Assembly (NCBI RefSeq): GCF_042657365.1
Contig: NZ_JBHSKT010000002.1
Coordinates: 454,034-518,033, forward strand
DNA from: Adhaeribacter terreus
Lineage (GTDB): Bacteria; Bacteroidota; Bacteroidia; Cytophagales; Hymenobacteraceae
DNA length: 64,000 nucleotides
Direction: 5' to 3'
Made by a program: the position numbers and the translations under genes. The notes below the pieces were generated by a model, which saw nothing but the letters and a program-made list of their open reading frames with translations, was not told the origin of the DNA and made no database searches. Shown piece by piece: positions 59,897-64,000 of this stretch; positions within the stretch are counted from its first letter, which is position 1; each line of letters begins with the position of its first letter.

Positions 59897-62401
59897 TTAC
59901 TTGAACCGCGATGCCCGGAAAAACCAGCGTTTTAGTAGTTCGGCGGTTATTGCGTAAAGCAGTACCATTCCAGTAATGGCCAGAGCTTCATAAACGTGCG
60001 CGATCGAAAGGCTGAGTAAAGGCCCCAGCGGCGAAACCGGTAACAAGACAGTGAAAGCCAACGCTAAAATTGCCGCTATTGAAAGCAGTTTCCCGGGCCG
60101 GCTTTGGAAGATCGGTTTTCGGGTTCGGATGATAAAAACAATTATGAGCTCAGTTATGACCGATTCCAGGAACCAGCCGGTCTGGAAAGCATTTTCCGGG
60201 AGTTTGAAATAATTATGCAGCGCGAAAAAGGTAGCAAAATCGAAGAAAGAACTGTGGAGGCCAAAAATCAGCATGAACCGCTGAATTAAGCTGATATTCC
60301 ATTTCAGCGGCTTGCTTAATTGTTCCTGATCTACCCGGTCGTAGGCTACGGCCAGGTAAGGAAAATCGGTGATGAGGTTGGTAAGCAGAATTTGTTTAGG
60401 AAGCATGGGCAGAAACGGCAGCAGCAGCGAAGCGCCGGCCACGCTGAACATATTGCCGAAGGTAGCGCCGGTGGTGGCAAAAATATATTTCATAGAATTT
60501 GAAAAAGATTTTCTGCCTTCATGCACCCCATCGGCCAGCACGGCAAGGTCTTTTTCCAACAATACAAAATCGGCAGCTTCTTTGGCTACATCTACGGCAT
60601 TGTTCGTGGAAATTCCGGTATCGGCGGCATGGATCGCGGCCACGTCGTTTATGCCATCTCCTAGATATGCCACCCGGAATTTAGACTTCTTCAAAGCCCG
60701 TACGATCTGCTCTTTCTGGTAAGGTTCAATTTCGGCAAAAACATCGGTCCGGACAGCTTTTACCACCAGTGCTTCCGGCGACATGCTGGTCAGTTCGGGG
60801 CCGCTTATGAGTTTTAAGGGTCTCATCCCTAGCGTTTTGGCGGCATGAATGGCTGCATAACGATTGTCGCCGGTAATGATCTTTACCTTTATGCCCATTT
60901 TCTCCAGCCGTTCTATGGAAGCAACTACGTTCTCTTTAAAGCGGTCCTGGAGGAGAATAAATCCTCTGAAAACCAGGTGTTGTTCATCTGCAACCGTGAT
61001 ATCGGCTTTAGGGGTAGTTTTGGTTGCAAGGCTCAGTACCCGAAGCCCTTCCTGGCTAAACGTTTCCAGTTTTTCCTGAAATAACCGGCGTTGCTTCTCT
61101 TCCAGCGGGTGCTGACTCCCGTTCTCGTGTTGGTAGAAGCTGCAAACTTCCAGTACATTCAGCAAGGCGCCTTTAGTGATGAGGAGATATTCCGCTTTGT
61201 GTTTAACTAAAATGGTAAGCCGTTTCCGGATAAAATCATACGGGATCTCATCAGTTTTTTCGTAACCGGCAGCATCTTGCGGCATGGCTTTAATTGCTTC
61301 ATCAATCGGATTGGTAAAACCGTTCTGAAAAGTGGCATTCAGGAAAGCAAATAACTTTACTTCAGGGGAAGATCTTCCGGCCGTATTTACCATGTCAAAG
61401 ACCTCAACCGAGCCTTCAGTAATGGTGCCGGTTTTATCGGTACAGAGCAAATTAACTTCGCCGAAATTAAAGATTGATGAAAGCCTTTTTACGATCACTT
61501 TCTTTTCCCGCATGCGCCGGGCGCCGGCCGACATGGCAAAGGTCATGATGGCGGGCAGCAGTTCGGGCGCCATACCGATGGCCAGGGCCAGAGAAAACAT
61601 GAGTGAAGTGAAAAAGGGCTTGTGAAAATAAAGGTTCGTAACTAAAATAAAAGCCGACAGCAGCACCGTGATGCGAAGTAAAAAGTAACCAAAACTTTTC
61701 AGGCCGGTTTCGAAAGCGGTAGGGGAAAACTGGGTAAGACTGTGGGCCATTTTCCCGAAAATAGTATTGCCGCCGGTGTAAATGACCAGCGCCCGGGCGG
61801 TGCCGCTCACTATACTGGTTCCCTGCCACAGGCAATTGCTTTTCTTGCTTAGCGGCGTTTCTTCGGGAAGAATAGCGGCTGCTTTGGCAACCGGAAAAGT
61901 TTCTCCCGTAAGGGTGCTTTCGTTTACGTGCAGTTCGTTGCTTTCTATAATGCGGCAATCGGCCGGGATCAGGTCGCCGGCGTTAAGGTCTACCACATCG
62001 CCGGGCACTACTTCATGCGCCGCCACGGTTACCTGTTTTCCGGCCCTTATAACCAGGTGTTTTACTTCTATGATCTGTAGCAGTTTTTCTACCGCCCGGC
62101 CGGCATGAAGCTCCTGGAGAAAGCTCAGCAGACCGGTTATGAGCAGAATGCAAAAAACGATAAGCGCATCGGAAGTTTCACCCAGAAAGACCGAGAGGAT
62201 CACAACGATTATGAGCAGCAGCATAAGCGGATTGCTGAACTGCCGGAGGAACATTTTAAACTCGCGCCGGAACCTGCTTTGGATATTGGCTCTGCTTTTT
62301 TGCGCGGCTATTCGCTGCCTGGCCATGGCGGCAGAAAGGCCTTCTGCACCGGAGTGGAGCTGTTCAAAAAGTTGCTCAATACTATCGGAAGTAAGATTCA
62401 C
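59897..62401 (-). CDS. Cation-transporting P-type ATPase (MgtA-like)
   Basis: Carries CTDKTGTIT for phosphorylation, a TGD motif and the GDGINDVAAIHAADTGIS hinge. 834 aa. Confidence 0.75.
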   Translation of the reverse strand: MNLTSDSIEQLFEQLHSGAEGLSAAMARQRIAAQKSRANIQSRFRREFKMFLRQFSNPLMLLLIIVVILSVFLGETSDALIVFCILLITGLLSFLQELHAGRAVEKLLQIIEVKHLVIRAGKQVTVAAHEVVPGDVVDLNAGDLIPADCRIIESNELHVNESTLTGETFPVAKAAAILPEETPLSKKSNCLWQGTSIVSGTARALVIYTGGNTIFGKMAHSLTQFSPTAFETGLKSFGYFLLRITVLLSAFILVTNLYFHKPFFTSLMFSLALAIGMAPELLPAIMTFAMSAGARRMREKKVIVKRLSSIFNFGEVNLLCTDKTGTITEGSVEVFDMVNTAGRSSPEVKLFAFLNATFQNGFTNPIDEAIKAMPQDAAGYEKTDEIPYDFIRKRLTILVKHKAEYLLITKGALLNVLEVCSFYQHENGSQHPLEEKQRRLFQEKLETFSQEGLRVLSLATKTTPKADITVADEQHLVFRGFILLQDRFKENVVASIERLEKMGIKVKIITGDNRYAAIHAAKTLGMRPLKLISGPELTSMSPEALVVKAVRTDVFAEIEPYQKEQIVRALKKSKFRVAYLGDGINDVAAIHAADTGISTNNAVDVAKEAADFVLLEKDLAVLADGVHEGRKSFSNSMKYIFATTGATFGNMFSVAGASLLLPFLPMLPKQILLTNLITDFPYLAVAYDRVDQEQLSKPLKWNISLIQRFMLIFGLHSSFFDFATFFALHNYFKLPENAFQTGWFLESVITELIIVFIIRTRKPIFQSRPGKLLSIAAILALAFTVLLPVSPLGPLLSLSIAHVYEALAITGMVLLYAITAELLKRWFFRASRFK

Positions 62402-62675
62402 GGCTACATAAATTTATTTATCCGGCACCTAGGGCAGGCTGTTACTTTAGAACAAACAGCGTTTCTTTTGGTTATTGGGTAATGGAATTAAATAACCTTT
62501 ATTAACTACTGCTGTCATTCAGAAAGGAACTTGTACTTCTGTGCTTTCAGCCAATAAATTTCACCGAATATTTTTGGGATGCACCAATCCGAGAAGGACA
62601 GGTTGGGTTGTATAGCTTATGACCATATTACTTGATATTGTACTTTTTTATTGAAAATCTATATCGTTTCTGCCA

Positions 62676-63683
62676 ATGGAATTACCGGAAAATATACGGG
62701 CTATGGTACTGGAAAAGCAGGGTCAGCCGCTAATTCTGAAAAAGGTTCCGGTGCCGGTGCCAACGGAGCGGCAGGTGCTTGTAAAAGTGCTGGCCTGCGG
62801 GGTTTGCCGCACCGATCTGCACGTGCTGGATGGCGAACTTACTGAGCCGAAACTCCCTTTAATTCCGGGGCATGAGATCATTGGAAAAGTGGTGCGAAAA
62901 GGTGCAGAAGTAAGCGGTTTGCAGGAAGGTGATTTTGTGGGCATTCCCTGGCTTGGTTATACCTGCGGCACCTGCAAATATTGCCTGAGGAACCAGGAGA
63001 ATCTGTGCGAAAATGCCAAATTCACCGGTTATACCCTGGATGGCGGTTATGCCGAATATACCGTTGCCGATGCGCGATATTGCTTCCCGATCGAAGCTGC
63101 GTTTGCCAATGCTTCTTCAGCGCCCTGGCTTTGCGCCGGACTAATCGGGTACCGTTCTTTTAAAATGGCGGGAGAACTAACCAAAAATTTAGGGATCTAT
63201 GGTTTTGGTGCTGCAGCGCATATCGTTATTCAGCTGGCGCTTTATCGGAAGAAAAATGTATTTGCTTTTACCCGCGACGGCGATATTGCTACTCAGAAAT
63301 TTGCCCTGAACCTGGGCGCCACCTGGGCCGGAAATTCAACTGACACGCCGCCGCAGTTGCTCGATGCCGCCATCATTTTTGCACCGGTCGGCAGCCTGGT
63401 TCCCAAAGCTCTGAAAGACATAGACAAAGGCGGAACGGTGGTTTGCGGCGGCATTCATATGAGCGATATTCCGGGTTTTCCTTAAAAAGACCTTTGGGGC
63501 GAACGCACGATCCGTTCCGTTGCCAATTTAACCCGGCAGGATGGGTTGGAGTTTCTGGAACTGGCCCCGAAAATTCCGGTAAAAACCGAAACGCATTTAT
63601 TCCCGCTTGCGCAGGCCAACGAAGCGTTGGAAGCACTCCGGAACGGCAAATTTCAGGGCGCGGCGGTGTTGGTAATGGAGTAG
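62676..63683 (+). pseudogene. Zinc-dependent alcohol dehydrogenase interrupted by an in-frame TAA stop (or sequencing error)
   Basis: GHEIIGKVV and the CGTCKYC zinc site sit upstream. The same frame continues after TAA at 63483-63485 as KDLWGERTIRSVANLTRQDG...AVLVME*. Confidence 0.6.
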
Positions 63684-63774
63684 CTTTTAAGTTTTTTTTC
63701 AGAAAAACGATAGGGTTTTTGCCTTGAAAAGTGCTGGCCTTAGGTTTTATGCTGCAAAAGCCTTTGCCATTCAC

Positions 63775-64000
63775 TTATTTCTGAACCGATAACGTGCCAT
63801 CCTTTTCCAGCACAATCCGGGTTCCGAACCGGCTGCTTTCTTGTTGCAGCACTTTTGCCAGCCAGGCTGCATCTTCTTTCAAAGCTTTATGCAACCGGAA
63901 ACTGCGCATTTGCATGGGCACCATTTTAAGCGATAAAAGTTTGCCGGTAGCCGGATCCAGGGTAGGGAAATACATCAGCGAAAGATCGCCGCGGAAATCG
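63775..64000 (-). CDS. CapA-family (poly-gamma-glutamate synthesis-like metallophosphatase) C-terminal part; 5' end beyond window
   Basis: ...DFRGDLSLMYFPTLDPATGKLLSLKMVPMQMRSFRLHKA resembles the CapA C-terminus. The frame is open to the window edge. Confidence 0.4.
   Translation of the reverse strand, partial: DFRGDLSLMYFPTLDPATGKLLSLKMVPMQMRSFRLHKALKEDAAWLAKVLQQESSRFGTRIVLEKDGTLSVQK

Noticed and set aside
225-63724. Interpreting every copy of the AAAMC-STA-SCGTTTT motif as the Bacteroidetes sigma-A -7 box (TAnnTTTG)
   Set aside because: The spacing is off by one base (TA-nnn-TTTT). Several copies also sit between convergent genes or as inverted pairs where no promoter is needed. It is kept only as one hypothesis for the subset that abuts start codons.
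63443-63727. 94-aa plus-strand ORF at the end of the ADH gene
   Set aside because: It is in a different frame from the ADH. The ADH C-terminus actually continues in the original frame after the in-frame TAA.

Overview
This looks like a Bacteroidetes (Cytophagia/Sphingobacteriia-like) chromosomal segment of about 45-50% GC. It is mostly housekeeping and envelope genes, with these blocks in order:
- 1-193: a partial rsmA/ksgA 3' end, followed by a 2-hydroxyacid dehydrogenase.
- 1430-10435: a T9SS-related block with a TonB-dependent-receptor-like barrel, a 1395-aa secreted protein carrying a T9SS C-terminal sorting domain, and a PorV/PorQ-like outer-membrane protein.
- 10525-12109: greA, a HIT-family gene and ruvC.
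- 12115-24457: a polysaccharide locus with two processive QxxRW GT2 enzymes, Wzy-, Wzz- and Wzx-like proteins, a GT4 and a NodB deacetylase. An ABC permease, a GAF-PP2C phosphatase and a TonB C-terminal-domain protein sit inside it.
- 24575-26582: tatD, ansA and tRNA-Ser(GGA).
- 26741-28014: directly after the tRNA, a LexA-like XRE-S24 regulator plus a single-HKD PLD nuclease operon.
- 28409-38783: a membrane-stress cluster, namely YbjN/YjfI-like plus PspA (ESCRT-III superfamily), NfeD/YqiJ-like plus a long flotillin, a small unknown protein, and a 1647-aa protein whose C-terminus is a dynein/midasin-type AAA_5 ATPase. I flag this cluster as the candidate undescribed system. GC-rich hairpin repeats flanking a DUF559 endonuclease gene are scattered through it.
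- 39059-40200: two thioredoxin-fold genes.
- 40317-41219: a decayed patch holding an internal dnaE fragment and a frameshifted nuclease-like gene.
- 41401-49542: metF and metH, divergent from a PLP trans-sulfuration enzyme plus hom, each side controlled by its own SAM-I riboswitch.
- 49545-64000: an AT-rich island, then TlpA, a sterol-desaturase-family gene, a rhodanese, yqhA-like, tauE-like, ppsA, an MsbA-like ABC exporter, a P-type ATPase, a Zn-alcohol dehydrogenase with an in-frame TAA stop, and a partial CapA-like gene.
A short near-palindromic motif of 16 bp or more, AAAMC-STA-SCGTTTT, recurs in almost every intergenic region. I found no CRISPR array and no rRNA.
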